Position numbers and translations under genes: made by a program
Origin: Candidatus Poribacteria bacterium
Lineage (GTDB): Bacteria > Poribacteria > WGA-4E > PCPOR2b
NCBI GenBank assembly: GCA_965218095.1
Contig: OZ244587.1
Span: 5,472,001 to 5,536,000 of the forward strand
Reading direction: 5' to 3'
DNA length: 64,000 nt
The notes under the pieces: generated by a model
Told to the model about the DNA's origin: nothing
The model's database searches: none
What the model saw: only the letters and a program-made list of their open reading frames with translations
Shown: piece after piece, positions 1-11,366 of the stretch
How positions within the stretch are numbered: the stretch's first letter is position 1
How the letters are laid out: each line of letters starts with the position of its first letter

Positions 1-134
1 TTGGATATTGACCTTTTTCATCAACACCCCAAACTTCCGCGATGCTTGCGTCGCTGACAGCTATGCCGGTCTATTCTGTTATCCTGCTAAAATTGATCTA
101 ACTTTCACTTGAAACTTAACTATGGAAGTAAACT

Positions 135-675
135 ATGAAGCTAAGTGAAGGACAACTCGAACAGTTCAACGAAGAAGGGTTTGCGGTCGTTGGGAATACC
201 TTGGAGGACAGTGACCTGGCTCCGGTTATCCAAGAGTGCGAGGAACATATTGACGGACGGTCCCGAGATCTTCTGGCTGAAGACAAGATTTCGCAACTCT
301 ACGAAGACAAGCCCTTCGAGCGATAGCTGGCATGTATTTGCCGGGAGAACAACGAAATCTATCCAGAACTGGACATCATGCAGTTGCAGGGCAAAGTCTC
401 GTTCGACTTCCTGCGCAACGACAACCTCTTGGATATGGTTCAGTCTATTGTTGGACCGGAGATTATCTGTAGTCCCATCCAGCGCCCGTGCCAAGCTGCC
501 AGCCGGATTGACTCCGGGCGGTAAAGATGGCCATGTAGCTCCCTGGCACCAGGACGCCGGGGTGACGTGGGCTGAAGCAGATCCTCACTTTATTCTGACG
601 GTTTGGTTCCCCTTGGGGAGGCTACCCTGGAAAACGGCTGCCTGCAAGCTATGCCACTTCGCGGGAATAAGTGAG
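135..675 (+). pseudogene. Phytanoyl-CoA dioxygenase (PhyH) family, disrupted
   Basis: N-terminus LSEGQLEQFNEEGFAVV, in-frame TAG at 324-326; the WHQD motif (HVAPWHQDAGVTW...LTVWFPL) is in another frame; 3' end approximate. Confidence 0.75.
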
Positions 676-713
676 TCGTTGAATGAAGCGAATATTTCGG
701 AGGGTGGAGTGAT

Positions 714-1211
714 ATGCGCGATAATCTTTTTTCCCCCAATAAATTGGCTTATGTCAAAGGCCAGGCGCGTCCCGATGTCGAGTGTATTTTGTGTGCGGTT
801 ATTGACGGAAACGATCAGGTGGATCGCCTGGGAGTTTATCAATCGGCGTTGTTCACTGTCTCCCTAAACCTTTACCCTTACAGCCCGGGGCATCTGTTGG
901 TCTTTCCCAACCGTCATATTGTCGATGTGCGAGAACTGACCGAGGCGGAGGTTCTTGAGTTGCATCGTCTCCAGTGCTTGTGCCTCGACGTGCTAAATGA
1001 GGTCTACCAAACACAAGGTTACAACGTCGGCTACAATATTGGCAGCGCATCAGGGGCAAGTATTGACCACTTACACCTGCACATCGTCCCTCGATATCCG
1101 CGTGAGCTCGGCTTTATGGATGTTATCGGGGGCGCAAGGATTATCGTTGAGGATCCAAATGTCACGCGGCAAAAACTCCGCCAGGCATTTAACGCCGCAA
1201 AAATTGGCTAA
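714..1211 (+). CDS. HIT family nucleotide hydrolase
   Basis: CILC, NLYPYSPGHLLVFP and histidine triad HLHLHIVPR. Confidence 0.9.
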   Translation: MRDNLFSPNKLAYVKGQARPDVECILCAVIDGNDQVDRLGVYQSALFTVSLNLYPYSPGHLLVFPNRHIVDVRELTEAEVLELHRLQCLCLDVLNEVYQTQGYNVGYNIGSASGASIDHLHLHIVPRYPRELGFMDVIGGARIIVEDPNVTRQKLRQAFNAAKIG

Positions 1212-1353
1212 ATTCAAAGCCCTTGTCTGAAAGTTCGTGATTTCGCAGGCTTTTTGACTGCCATGTTCGTCAGCCAATTGCGGATTGCAGACGCGATAGA
1301 TCGGGATGCAAGCACTTGAGGTGGCTTGATTGCAATTCCGGCAACTTGACAGA

Positions 1354-2652
1354 TTAACAAAAACGAACCATAAATGCTTCGATTTCATCAATCGTCTTCG
1401 GAACCTTAGCGGTCAGGACTTCACAGCCAGACTCGGTGACGAGAACATTGTCCTCAATCCGCACGCCAATTCCCAGATACTTCGGAGGGACGTTCTTGCT
1501 GTCAGGGGCGATGTAAAGCCCCGGCTCGACGGTCATTACCATCCCCGGTTGGAACGTCTTGTATTCTTCCCCCTCCCGTGTTTTCGCCATATCGTGAACG
1601 TCAATCCCCAGCATGTGCCCGATCCGGTGCGGGTAAAATTGCTTCTGCTTATCTTCCTTGATCAATTCCTCTTTCTTGCCTTCCAACAAGCCAAGTTTCA
1701 GCATGGCTTCGGTCAACATCTCCGTTGCCTTTTGGTAGGGCTCTCCAATCGATACACCGGGACGGATGCTTTCGATAATTTCAAGCTGGACATCGAGGAC
1801 AAGCTGATATACCTCGCGTTGGATGTTAGTGAATTTCCCATTTGCGGGAAATGTCCGCGTGATATCCCCATTGTAGTATTTGTACTCACACCCCGCATCA
1901 ATTACCACCAGGTCTCCGTCTTGGATCTGGCGGTCATTTGCTGTGTAATGCAGTATCGTTGCGTTTGCCCCACTTGCCACAATCGTTTCAAACGCCGGGC
2001 AGTTCGCCCCGTTCTTCCGAAAGATCGAGTCAATCAGCCCTTCCAACTCATATTCGTACATACCGGGGCAGACGGCTTTCATCACCGCAATGTGGGCTTC
2101 AATACTGATTTCTATAGCTCGACGAATCCGACTCAACTCCTCATAATCTTTAATGAGGCGCATCTCCGCAAGGATTTCAACGGGATCGATTACGACATAA
2201 GGGCCGGTTCCCTCGCGCAAGCGACGGCGGCGATACTGTTTGAGGAGCTCGATAATCTTTCGATTAAACGCCTCGTCTAATCCAAAACTGTAGTAGAGCC
2301 GATCCGCCTTGTTGAGATATTCGAGGATCTTCTCATCAAACTCCTCGATCGGATAGGCTGCGTCTGCGCCGAAGTCCTCTTTCGCACCCTCGACGCCAAC
2401 GCGCTTGCCCGTCCATACCTCCCGTTCTGGGGCTCGCGGACGAACAAATAAAGCATATTGATGTTCAGGGTGGTCTGGGGCGATTACACAGATTGTCCCG
2501 GGTTCTTCAAAGCCGGTTAAATAGTAGAAATTGCTGTCTTGATGGTATTTGTACTCAGTGGAGTGAGTGCGCATCGCTGATAACGCGCTTGGGAAGATCG
2601 CAGCACCTCCCTTGATCTTCTGCATAAACGCTTTGCGTTTGCTTTCGTGCAT
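1354..2652 (-). CDS. pepP: Xaa-Pro aminopeptidase (M24B)
   Basis: QDSNFYYLTGF, IDAGCEY..YNGDITRTFP, HMLGIDVHD, TVEPGLY, GVRIEDNV; ATG at 2652 chosen as start. Confidence 0.92.
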   Translation of the reverse strand: MHESKRKAFMQKIKGGAAIFPSALSAMRTHSTEYKYHQDSNFYYLTGFEEPGTICVIAPDHPEHQYALFVRPRAPEREVWTGKRVGVEGAKEDFGADAAYPIEEFDEKILEYLNKADRLYYSFGLDEAFNRKIIELLKQYRRRRLREGTGPYVVIDPVEILAEMRLIKDYEELSRIRRAIEISIEAHIAVMKAVCPGMYEYELEGLIDSIFRKNGANCPAFETIVASGANATILHYTANDRQIQDGDLVVIDAGCEYKYYNGDITRTFPANGKFTNIQREVYQLVLDVQLEIIESIRPGVSIGEPYQKATEMLTEAMLKLGLLEGKKEELIKEDKQKQFYPHRIGHMLGIDVHDMAKTREGEEYKTFQPGMVMTVEPGLYIAPDSKNVPPKYLGIGVRIEDNVLVTESGCEVLTAKVPKTIDEIEAFMVRFC

Positions 2653-2678
2653 GTTTGGTTTCCCCTTCAAACGAACTG

Positions 2679-2711
2679 AACCTTGCGAAGGTTTCAAACC
2701 TTCGCAAGGTT
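2679..2711. repeat. Palindromic REP-like element
   Basis: AACCTTGCGAAGGTTTCAAACCTTCGCAAGGTT; near-identical copy at 60180-60210. Confidence 0.8.
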
Positions 2712-2725
2712 GTATTTGTTCAGTA

Positions 2726-5578
2726 CTATTCTCGTTGTGACCTATCATGCTGTGCTCGTCTTTTGGCTTGCAACAACCTTCCTGTGCCACTTCCCATTGC
2801 GGGTTGGATACCTGTAGATGCCCGTCCTGCCGAGATTGTGTCTGCCCGACTCCCCTGCTGATATTTGGATTGAGAAGCCGAAAGCGTGGCGAAGTCGCTA
2901 AATTGCGCTGCTGTTTTCTGCGCTAAAACAGCCTTCTTCTGGCTCAAGCGTGCCAGCGCCGGTGATGACGCCCCCTGCTCTCGATGGCGAAGGGTTCTCA
3001 ACTGCGCTTTGAGATCTGTGATATAGCCGCTTGCAATACTGAAACGGCGGAGTATCATCTCTAGGACAAACAGGAGGATACTCACGGTCAACAAAGCAAA
3101 TGAAAGCGGCCTCAGGTGTTCAATTCCTTTCCCAGAGTGTTGTGCAATCTGTTCAGGCGATGGTTCAAAAACACCGTTGGTTCGGCTGGCGAGTTCATTA
3201 AGCAATTGACGATTCGTCTCAAATTCAGTGAACTCTGCGGGGTAGGAGAGGACAAGGCTTTTGTGCATCGAACTTTCTACTTTTCCATCTTGTTTCTTCT
3301 GTGCAGTGACGAGATACGCTCCCCGCTCACGGATGGTGAATTCCCCCGAATATTGGGTTGGCGCGACGCGGTGAAGTTCAATCGCTTCCCCTTCGGCGTT
3401 TGGTCGAGCGACGCGCACATCGAATGTGGAAGATGAACCAGGGATTGCCCCAATCGATGCCGCGTCTATGATCACTTGTCCCTTGCCGTTGCCATGGGAT
3501 AGGTTCAGATCGAAATCTGTGTTCCCGCTTGTCTGTGGTAAAACCCAGTTGACTGCCTGCCCCCAAAACTTCCCGAAATTTTCCCACGCGATCCAATCCC
3601 TTCCCCAAGCCGGCTTCACATCAGAGGTAAAGGCGATTGATCGGCCGAGTCCGTAATCCCATGCGGCGAGAATTGGGTGTTCTTCGTGGGAGTGGATGTA
3701 AACCTGCGTGAGCTCTTTTTCCGACGTCGCGATGTAGCCGTAGAGCTTCGGCGTCTGATTGATGCCCGCTAAGATTGGGCCTTCCCCTTCGCTGATAATT
3801 GGCTGAAACGGCTCTTGAACCGTATACTGCTGTGTCTGCCGCACCTCGTCTGCCATCACCTTTGGCAGTTGGCTGACGTTCCGAACATCCCTGTGCGCTC
3901 CCCCTCCAGCCTCGGCAATCTTTTTCATCAGCACCCGATCTGCGTCACCAATGGCAATCGTCGAAATAGTTATCCTGTCTGCTGCGACCTGCTCCGCTAA
4001 GGGGATAAAATCGCCATCTGACTTGCCATCCGACAAAAGAATGATATGCTTTTGTTTGGCATCAATCTCCTTGAGTCGTTTATAAGCCTTTTCAAGCGCG
4101 GGATACATCTTCGTACCGCTGCCGGGGCGTAGCTTCCCAACTCCGCGGATGATGGACTTGTGATCAGTTGTCGGCTGAATCTCCATCTTGATCTTGGCTG
4201 CAAAACCGATCACCCCGGCTCGATCTTCATCATTAAGCGCACGGACGGATGCACGAACCCCTTCGATCGCCAACTGGATCTTCTGATCCCCTCCAACGTA
4301 GTTTGCCATGCTCCCAGAGGCATCAACCACGAGCATGAGTGCGAGGGATTCTTTTTTCTGGCGAGGTGTCATGTCAAGAGGCAGAACCCGTTCCAGTGGT
4401 GTGTCGTGATAGCCTCCCCTGCCGAATGCGCGATCTCCGCCAATCACGACTAACCCGTTCCCCAGATCGCGAACGCAGCTTTCAATTAACTCCATTTGCA
4501 CTGCGGAAAGGTCATCAGCGGATACATTGCTCAAGATCAGGGCGTCGTTATTTTGGAGTACAACGAGATTATTGGGAAAATTGGCGGGCGCAATAACTTC
4601 GACCGTCAAACGGTTTTCTTCAAGGACGGTCTTCAATGCTACCTGTCCCGCATCCCCTTCAACGTACAGGACGTGGGGGCTTCCAGACACCCGAATGAAG
4701 CCATACCCTGTGTTATTTTCGGCGATTGGATCATTGAGGGAAATTTCGAGACGATATTCATGGCTACCTTCCTCAGAGATCTGCTGCGGAAAATCGATTG
4801 GCTGTTTTCCTCGCTTCAACGCTATCGATTGTGCATCGGTCACAGGGGTATCATTGCGATAAAGTCTTGCCTGAACTTGCGCATCTGCCGTTGTTTCGAC
4901 AATGGCGCGGACATTGAAGACTTCGCCAGACCTCACCTGCGATGGTATCTGCAGATCGCGCACCCAGACCTCATATTCCCGCTCAGACACCAGCGGAATT
5001 GTGAAGAGCTCAATCTCACTTGCACGGACGAGGTCGAGTAACGCCGCTGCTTCACCGACGTTTTGCAAGCCATCGCTCAACAGCACTAGCCGTTTCTGTC
5101 GCCCCGGTCCTCCGGACGGGAGACTCATCGCCAGTTGAATCGCCTCCACAAGGTTGGTTGCCTCCTGATCGACTTCGGCGCCAGAGAGGATATCCTCCGT
5201 TAAACGGGAATGCTCCCCCTTTAGTTGCATCGGCAGGCGCACCGAAGCCTGCCCACCGAAAAGAATGACGCTGAACTCGTCAATGGACTTCAGCGCATCA
5301 ACGGCAGTGTTAATCTGCCCAATGCCCTCTGTCTGTTGTGAAATCGGAACGCTGTCAGAGACATCCAGAAGAAATACGACGGAAAGGATATCCTCCCGAT
5401 CCTTCTGCTGCAAACCTACTAACGCAAGGATAAGGCAAATTACCGCACCGAGACGCAGAGCAAGCGTCCCAATCTTCCGCCATGGTGCAGCCTCAACTCG
5501 CGTGCAGCGGTTGATAATCAGGAGGATTGGGATGAGACCGATAAGTAGAAAAAAGAGGGGATTGCTAATCTGGAACAT
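2726..5578 (-). CDS. Membrane-anchored double VWA / glutamine-amidotransferase-like domain protein
   Basis: Two MIDAS motifs (LLDVSDS..LLSDG; VVDASGSM..LLSDG), N- and C-terminal TM segments, GLGRSIAFTSD. Confidence 0.8.
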   Translation of the reverse strand: MFQISNPLFFLLIGLIPILLIINRCTRVEAAPWRKIGTLALRLGAVICLILALVGLQQKDREDILSVVFLLDVSDSVPISQQTEGIGQINTAVDALKSIDEFSVILFGGQASVRLPMQLKGEHSRLTEDILSGAEVDQEATNLVEAIQLAMSLPSGGPGRQKRLVLLSDGLQNVGEAAALLDLVRASEIELFTIPLVSEREYEVWVRDLQIPSQVRSGEVFNVRAIVETTADAQVQARLYRNDTPVTDAQSIALKRGKQPIDFPQQISEEGSHEYRLEISLNDPIAENNTGYGFIRVSGSPHVLYVEGDAGQVALKTVLEENRLTVEVIAPANFPNNLVVLQNNDALILSNVSADDLSAVQMELIESCVRDLGNGLVVIGGDRAFGRGGYHDTPLERVLPLDMTPRQKKESLALMLVVDASGSMANYVGGDQKIQLAIEGVRASVRALNDEDRAGVIGFAAKIKMEIQPTTDHKSIIRGVGKLRPGSGTKMYPALEKAYKRLKEIDAKQKHIILLSDGKSDGDFIPLAEQVAADRITISTIAIGDADRVLMKKIAEAGGGAHRDVRNVSQLPKVMADEVRQTQQYTVQEPFQPIISEGEGPILAGINQTPKLYGYIATSEKELTQVYIHSHEEHPILAAWDYGLGRSIAFTSDVKPAWGRDWIAWENFGKFWGQAVNWVLPQTSGNTDFDLNLSHGNGKGQVIIDAASIGAIPGSSSTFDVRVARPNAEGEAIELHRVAPTQYSGEFTIRERGAYLVTAQKKQDGKVESSMHKSLVLSYPAEFTEFETNRQLLNELASRTNGVFEPSPEQIAQHSGKGIEHLRPLSFALLTVSILLFVLEMILRRFSIASGYITDLKAQLRTLRHREQGASSPALARLSQKKAVLAQKTAAQFSDFATLSASQSKYQQGSRADTISAGRASTGIQPAMGSGTGRLLQAKRRAQHDRSQRE

Positions 5579-5879
5579 TAACCGTTACGATAAAACCGCG
5601 TTAACTCAAAATAGAATTGGTATTATAACGTGATCTCGACCGGTCGACCATTCGCCCATAAACGACCGCGTCAGCCTTGTACATTTTTACGAGACGTGAC
5701 AATTCTGGTGTGGACCATCAATTCGGCTCTGCTTGAGCGCGGACGATTGTTCCTGTCTAAATCTGGTCGTCTGTGAGTAAGGATGCGTTTCATCATTTTA
5801 ATACTGCCTTTAGCTGATAAAATGACACAGATACTTAAGTTGGTCTACAAAACTGAAAACGAATCACCAACCTCTACTA

Positions 5880-8119
5880 TCATTCCTCGCTTCGAGACGG
5901 ATCATCCTTCCCGCCGCCAACTGCTATAACCGCCGAGGTTTCCTGCTGCGTCTCGACCAGGTTGTAGAAGATTCCTTTCCGAGCCATCAGTTCTTCGTGC
6001 GTCCCGACCTCTGCAATCACCCCATCGTCCAGGACGATCAGCCGATCCGCGTTGCGCAGGGTGGAGAGCCGGTGGGCGATGGCGAAGGTCGTTCGCCCTT
6101 TGACCAACCGGGCGATAGCGGCCTGGATCTTTTTCTCGGTTGGCGTGTCCAGCGAGGAGGTCGCTTCGTCGAGGATCAGAACTTCGGGTCGTGTAGAATC
6201 GCTCGTGTGATGGCGATACGCTGCTTCTCACCGCCGGAGAGTTGGTTTCCACGCTCACCGACCTTCGTGTCATACCCGTCTAGCTTGGCAACGATGAATT
6301 CGTGAGCTTCCGCCGCGATTGCCGAATGGACGATCTCATCGAAGGCCGCCTCCGGCTTTCCGTAGCTAATGTTTTCGGCGATTGTGCCGTCGAAGAGGAA
6401 CAGTTCCTGATGAACCATTCCGATATGGTGGCGCAAATCTTCAAGACGAATCTTCCGAATATCCACGCCATCAATCTCCAGACTGCCTCGATTCACATCG
6501 TAGAACCGACAGATTAGGTTGATGATGGTGGTCTTGCCCACCCCGGATTTGCCCACTAAGCCAATCATCTCGCCTGGTTCCACATCGAAGTTAATCTCCT
6601 TGAGGACCGGTTTGCCCGGATCATAACCAAACGTGGCGTCTTTGAAGGCAACCCGTCCGTCCATTTGAGGCATCGGGGTAGCGTCCGGATCATCAAATGG
6701 CTCAGATTGTGTGTCAATAAGCTCGAAAATCCGTTCGGCGCCTGCAAACGCCCGCGTGATAAAGTTGTTGATTTCGCTGAAGAACCCCAAAGGACGGTAG
6801 AGTTGCCAGAGAAAACTGATGAAAGCCATCAACACACCGAAGGTCAGATCGCCACGCAGAATCTGCTTTCCGCCGAAATACCAGATGAAGAACACACCGA
6901 AGCTCATCAGGAAATTCATTACGGCGAAAAAAATAAACCAATTCCGCTCACCGGTGACGCTGACCGCCCGCAGTTCATCGTTCCGCTCGTCGAAGCGGAC
7001 CGCCTCCCGGTCCTCCTGGGCGAAGGCTTTCACCACCCGGATGCCGGAGATCGATTCGTTGAGGTGCGAGGAAAGCCGAGACCACTTTGCGTGCCAGCGA
7101 CTCCAGATACGCCGCATGCGCCCCCAGATCAGGAAACCACCCAGCATAATGAACGGCACTGGTAGCAAGACGTAGAGGGTCAACTCCCAACTCAGGTAGA
7201 GCAGGAGCGCGAGCGTACCTACCAACATCAGCGTGTTGCTCAAAAGGAAGGGGATACCGAAAAGCAGGAACATCTCCAGCCGATCCGAGTCGTTGGTGAA
7301 TCTAGCTATCAAGCTGCCGACCTTCCGTTTATCGTAGAATCGCAACGGCATGTACTGCACATGCTGATAGAGTTCTGTGCGGATGTCCTTGCTGGTTCGG
7401 CTAGCAAGTTCGGCTCTCAGAAAACCACGGACGATTTCAAAGAGGAAGGTCAGAAGGTGGATACATAAGAGCCCCAGTACCAGCCATATCAGTAGCCCAA
7501 AGTTTGCCAGCGGTGTGAGAACGTCATCGATGATATGCCGAACGATAAGCGGAGGAAGCAACTCAACCAGGGGAGTCGCCGCCGCAAGGAACATGAGCAT
7601 GATGGCCTTGCCCCGATAGGGCGCAAGATAGCTCACGATCTGCTTCATGGTATCCCATTTTTTGACGCAAGCTGGGCAAATCCCGTCCTTCTCCGGGAGC
7701 AGTCGTCCACACTTATCATACCGCGACCGTTCCATCTCCGTCGGCAATGTGAGAACTTCGCCTTTGGAGAGTTGCTTAATGCCTTCGGTGACTTCAGTGA
7801 ACTTGGGAATCAACGAATTGGAATAGTACAGATAGGTCGGTTTGCCCTCTTTGGGTTCAACCTCCAGACGCCCACCGCCGACAAATTCCTCTGTTTTGGC
7901 TTCTTCTACCGCTTTGAGCAGCACTTCCACAACGCCATTGACCCCTTCTGAGGGGATAACGAACAGGCGCTCATCAGTCACCACCAGCCATCGTTCCCCA
8001 AAAGATCGGTCGTCGATGAGATCTGCAGCGACTTGAATGTGCACCTGTTCTTCTGAAGGTTTCATACTCTGGAGCTTGGTATCCACTTCAGGCGGCAGCG
8101 TTTCGAGAAACGGTTGCAT
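5880..8119 (-). pseudogene. ABC exporter (TMD+NBD), frameshifted near 6180
   Basis: GKSGVGKTT and LSGGEKQR; frame breaks at HDPK-ILDEATSS; tail AIAHRLSTL in another frame. Confidence 0.85.
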
Positions 8120-8360
8120 GGTTGTATAAAACTCCGATAAACTTGAGATGTTAAAAAATAATTTGACTTTGTTAGATTAAAAGAACTCATCAGCAGATCC
8201 ACTGGTGGCTCGCCTCCCCGGTCCTTCAATGCTGGGGGAAAATCACACAAACTCCCCCAGGATTGGGAGCCGGGGGCGAATGTAATAAATCAAGGTAATG
8301 CGTATTGCGTAAAACGTGAAACGTAAAACGTGAGACAAATCCTTTCTTCCCTTCCTTATC

Positions 8361-10598
8361 CTACTCTCTGACTCCGATAATCTCTGCGGCCTCCTGCTGT
8401 AACTCCACGAGGTTGTAGAACACACTCTTTTTCTCCATGAGTTCCCTGTGCGTGCCGACCTCCACAATTCGTCCGTCTTCAAGCACCACCAGTCGATCTG
8501 CGTTTCGCAACGTCGAAAGTCGGTGAGCAATCGCAAAGGTCGTTCGATTTTTGATCAGGCGGCCGATGGCTTCCTGAATCTGTTTTTCAGTCTCCACATC
8601 CACCGATGATGTCGCCTCATCCAGAATGAGAATCTTCGGATTGTGGAGGATGGCACGGGCGATAGAGACGCGCTGCTTTTCTCCCCCCGACAGGTTGTTT
8701 CCCCGTTCCCCGACCTGTGTATCGTAGCCATCGGGCTTTGCCACGATAAAGCTATGGGCATTCGCTGCTTGTGCTGCCTGCATAATCTCCTCGAAACTGG
8801 CGCCGGGTTTGGCGTATCCAATGTTCTCAGCGATCGTCCCGCTAAACAGAAACGGTTCTTGAAGCACAATACCGATTTGGCTTCGTAGATCTTCCAAACG
8901 GATTTTCTGAAGGTCTACGCCATCGATCTCAATGACGCCACGGTCCACGTCATAGAAGCGGGCAATCAGGTTCACGGTGGTTGTCTTGCCCACACCGGAT
9001 TTGCCGACGAGCCCGATCATCTCCCCCGGCGCAACGTCGAGGTCAATCTCGTGGAGGACCGGCTTGCTCTTGTCGTAGCCAAAGGTAACTTCCTTGAAAG
9101 TCACCTGTCCTTTCATATCAGACATCGACATCGCGTCCGAATCATCGTAGGCTTCTGGGGAGGTATCGATCACCTCGAAGATTCGCTCCGCGCCGGCAAA
9201 CGCTCGTGTCATCCAACTATTAACCTGCCCAAACCACTCCAGGGGACCGTAGACAAGCCACATATAACTGTAGAAAGCTATGAGAGTGCCCAAGGTCAGA
9301 TTGCCACCGAGAACCTCCCGCCTACCAAACAGCCAGACAATCAACACCCCGAATCCGGTCACAAGGCTCATCATCGCGAAAAACAGAAGGAAGTTCCGTG
9401 CGGTCTTTCTGGAAATTTGCATCAACTCCATATTTTTCTTCTCAAATTCCCGAATCTCCCGAACTTCCTGGGCGAAAGCTTTTACCACGCGGATGCCGGA
9501 CAGTGCCTCATTCAATCGCGCGTTGAAGTGGGACCAGCTCTGACCATACTTGTTGAAAATCCGTCGCATACGCCGCCAAAAAAGGCTGCCCCAGATCAGA
9601 ATAAATGGGATGGGTACCAGGATGTAGAGGGTAAGCCTCCAGTTCATCCAGAAAAGGAAGCTGAGGATACCAACCATCATCAGGGCATTGATCACCAGGT
9701 AAGGCAGTCCATCAACCAGAAACTCGCGCAGCATGTCGCTATCCCGTGTGACGCGGGACATCAGCGCCCCCACTCGCCGTTTGTCGTAGAACTGCATTGA
9801 GAGCATCTCAAGCCGTCGATAGAGCTGGCTCCGAATGTCGGCCGTTACCCGCGCACTCAGCCAACTTACTATCCAACCGTGCAGCAATTCTGAACTCCAA
9901 CTCAACACGCGAACCCCAATCAGCGCAAGCACCCACAATCCCAGAAGTATTGCCCTTTTATCTATGCTCGCAGCCATCCCCTCCGGCGGTACGAGAACAT
10001 CATCCACGATACGCCGCGTAATCTGCGGTGGAGCGAGCTCTGCAACGATGGTTGCAAGGGATGCGAATATCAGGATGGCTGCACGCTACTTGTAGGGTTT
10101 CAAGTAATTGGTAATTCGCCCGAGCGTCGCCAGCCGACGAATGCAAGCCGGACAGATGCCGTTTTTCTCAGGCAGCAGCCTGCCACACTTTTCACATCGC
10201 GTCCGATCAAGCTCCGTGTTAATCAAGAATTCGTCTTCTTGGCGGAGCTGCTCAAGCCCGCGCGCTACTTCGGAGAACTCTTCCGCGAGTGAACTGGAGT
10301 AGGGAACAAAGATGGTCGTAGCTCCCTTCCGCTCGATTTCTAGGCGTCCCCCTCCGATTAAAGGCTCGATCCGGACAGTTTCCAATTCTTTAATGGGCAC
10401 GTCCACAACCCCGTCAATGCCCTCCGTAGCCGCTACGATAACCCGTTTCTCTGTGACGATGAGCCACTGCTCTCCGAAGTTTCCATCCTGATTGAGATCG
10501 GTGGAAACCCGGATGAGTTCATTTTCTTCAGCGGAAAGGACGATCTTCTCTTTGACCGCATCGGGCATCGGTTCAAGTAATTTCATCATCGGCCTCAT
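8361..10598 (-). pseudogene. ABC exporter (TMD+NBD) paralogue with in-frame stop
   Basis: ORFs 10086-10598 and 8361-10007 are in the same frame, split by TAG at 10086-10088 (PYK*RAA); Walker A/B and signature intact. Confidence 0.85.
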
Positions 10599-10617
10599 TC
10601 GTATGAGATTTTCAGTT

Positions 10618-10691
10618 AGCGAACGTCGGTTGAGTAACGAAGTGTTGGTGGTTGAGAGCAGAATGCATAGCGCTCAATGATCTGGTTATGC
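10618..10691 (-). mobile_element. attC-like recombination site (74 bp)
   Basis: Minus strand begins GCATAAC (contains the upstream gene's stop) and ends GTTCGCT, with internal TTGAG/CTCAA inverted repeat. Confidence 0.55.
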
Positions 10692-10964
10692 TTTCTTTTG
10701 CTTTTCGGCTTTATGTTTGCCCAGCATTCGCCGAAGCAGCGCGTCTATCTCTTGGCGTGCTGCTTCGGTCGGATCAAACCACTGATGACGGCAAGCCGCA
10801 CAATGCTAGTCAGGCCGATCAAATGAGACGAAGCACGAGCCGAGAACGACTTCTCCTCTCTCAACTATCCCCCAAGCTGCCTGCGTTGGGCGTCCGCCGC
10901 TGATGCGCTTAATGTCGCGCCCTCCACACTTGGGGCAAGTCGAAGATTTTCGTAGTTCAAGCAT
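10686..10964 (-). pseudogene. Small Zn-ribbon protein in a gene cassette, one in-frame stop
   Basis: MLELRKSSTCPKCGG...GEVVLGSC...PD*HCAACRHQW...KKA; TAG at 10806-10808; missing from the ORF track. Confidence 0.65.
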
Positions 10965-11100
10965 AACGATACAAGTTCAGTTGTCCGATAGATCGGACGA
11001 GCACGGCAAGGGTTGCCAGAAAACGTCGGGCAAACCGAAAGCGTCGTTTGCTAAAGAAAGATCACGTCTCCCCGCCGTCAACTGCAACGACTGGTTAGGC
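10961..11100 (-). mobile_element. attC-like recombination site (140 bp)
   Basis: Minus strand GCCTAAC...CAGTTG...CAACTG...GTTATGC. Confidence 0.55.
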
Positions 11101-11296
11101 AGATGTGGTTTCTCTCCGCCCCACCCGACTGGTGCCCCGACCCAAAGACTTTGCGCTGTCGGTAGAAACTGGGCAATGTTCAAGGTGGCGGCAGGTGGCG
11201 CAAAGTCAACGGGAACAAGTGCAATCTCTAAATCCTCAAAGGTGAGACTCACCACTCTCATCCGCGTATATACGAATATATTTTGCGTGTTGCATT
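11094..11296 (-). pseudogene. Truncated, frameshifted cupin-like protein
   Basis: MQHAKYIRIYADESGESH/FEDLEIALVPVDFAPPA...GWGGEKPH, then runs into the attC-like site. Confidence 0.5.
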
Positions 11297-11366
11297 CTTC
11301 CTTCCTTATGAAACGAACCCTTGAGTCGCGATACACCACAGCGTTCCGACTTGACCGACGCTCGCC

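Noticed and set aside
1330-2280. Long antisense ORFs (also 9051-9800, 11973-12866, 13945-14826, 15545-16420, 30653-31423)
   Set aside because: Shadows of motif-supported genes on the opposite strand, with no recognisable motifs
10977-11339. 120-aa ORF as a real gene
   Set aside because: Chimera of a frameshifted cupin-like fragment and the attC-like palindrome
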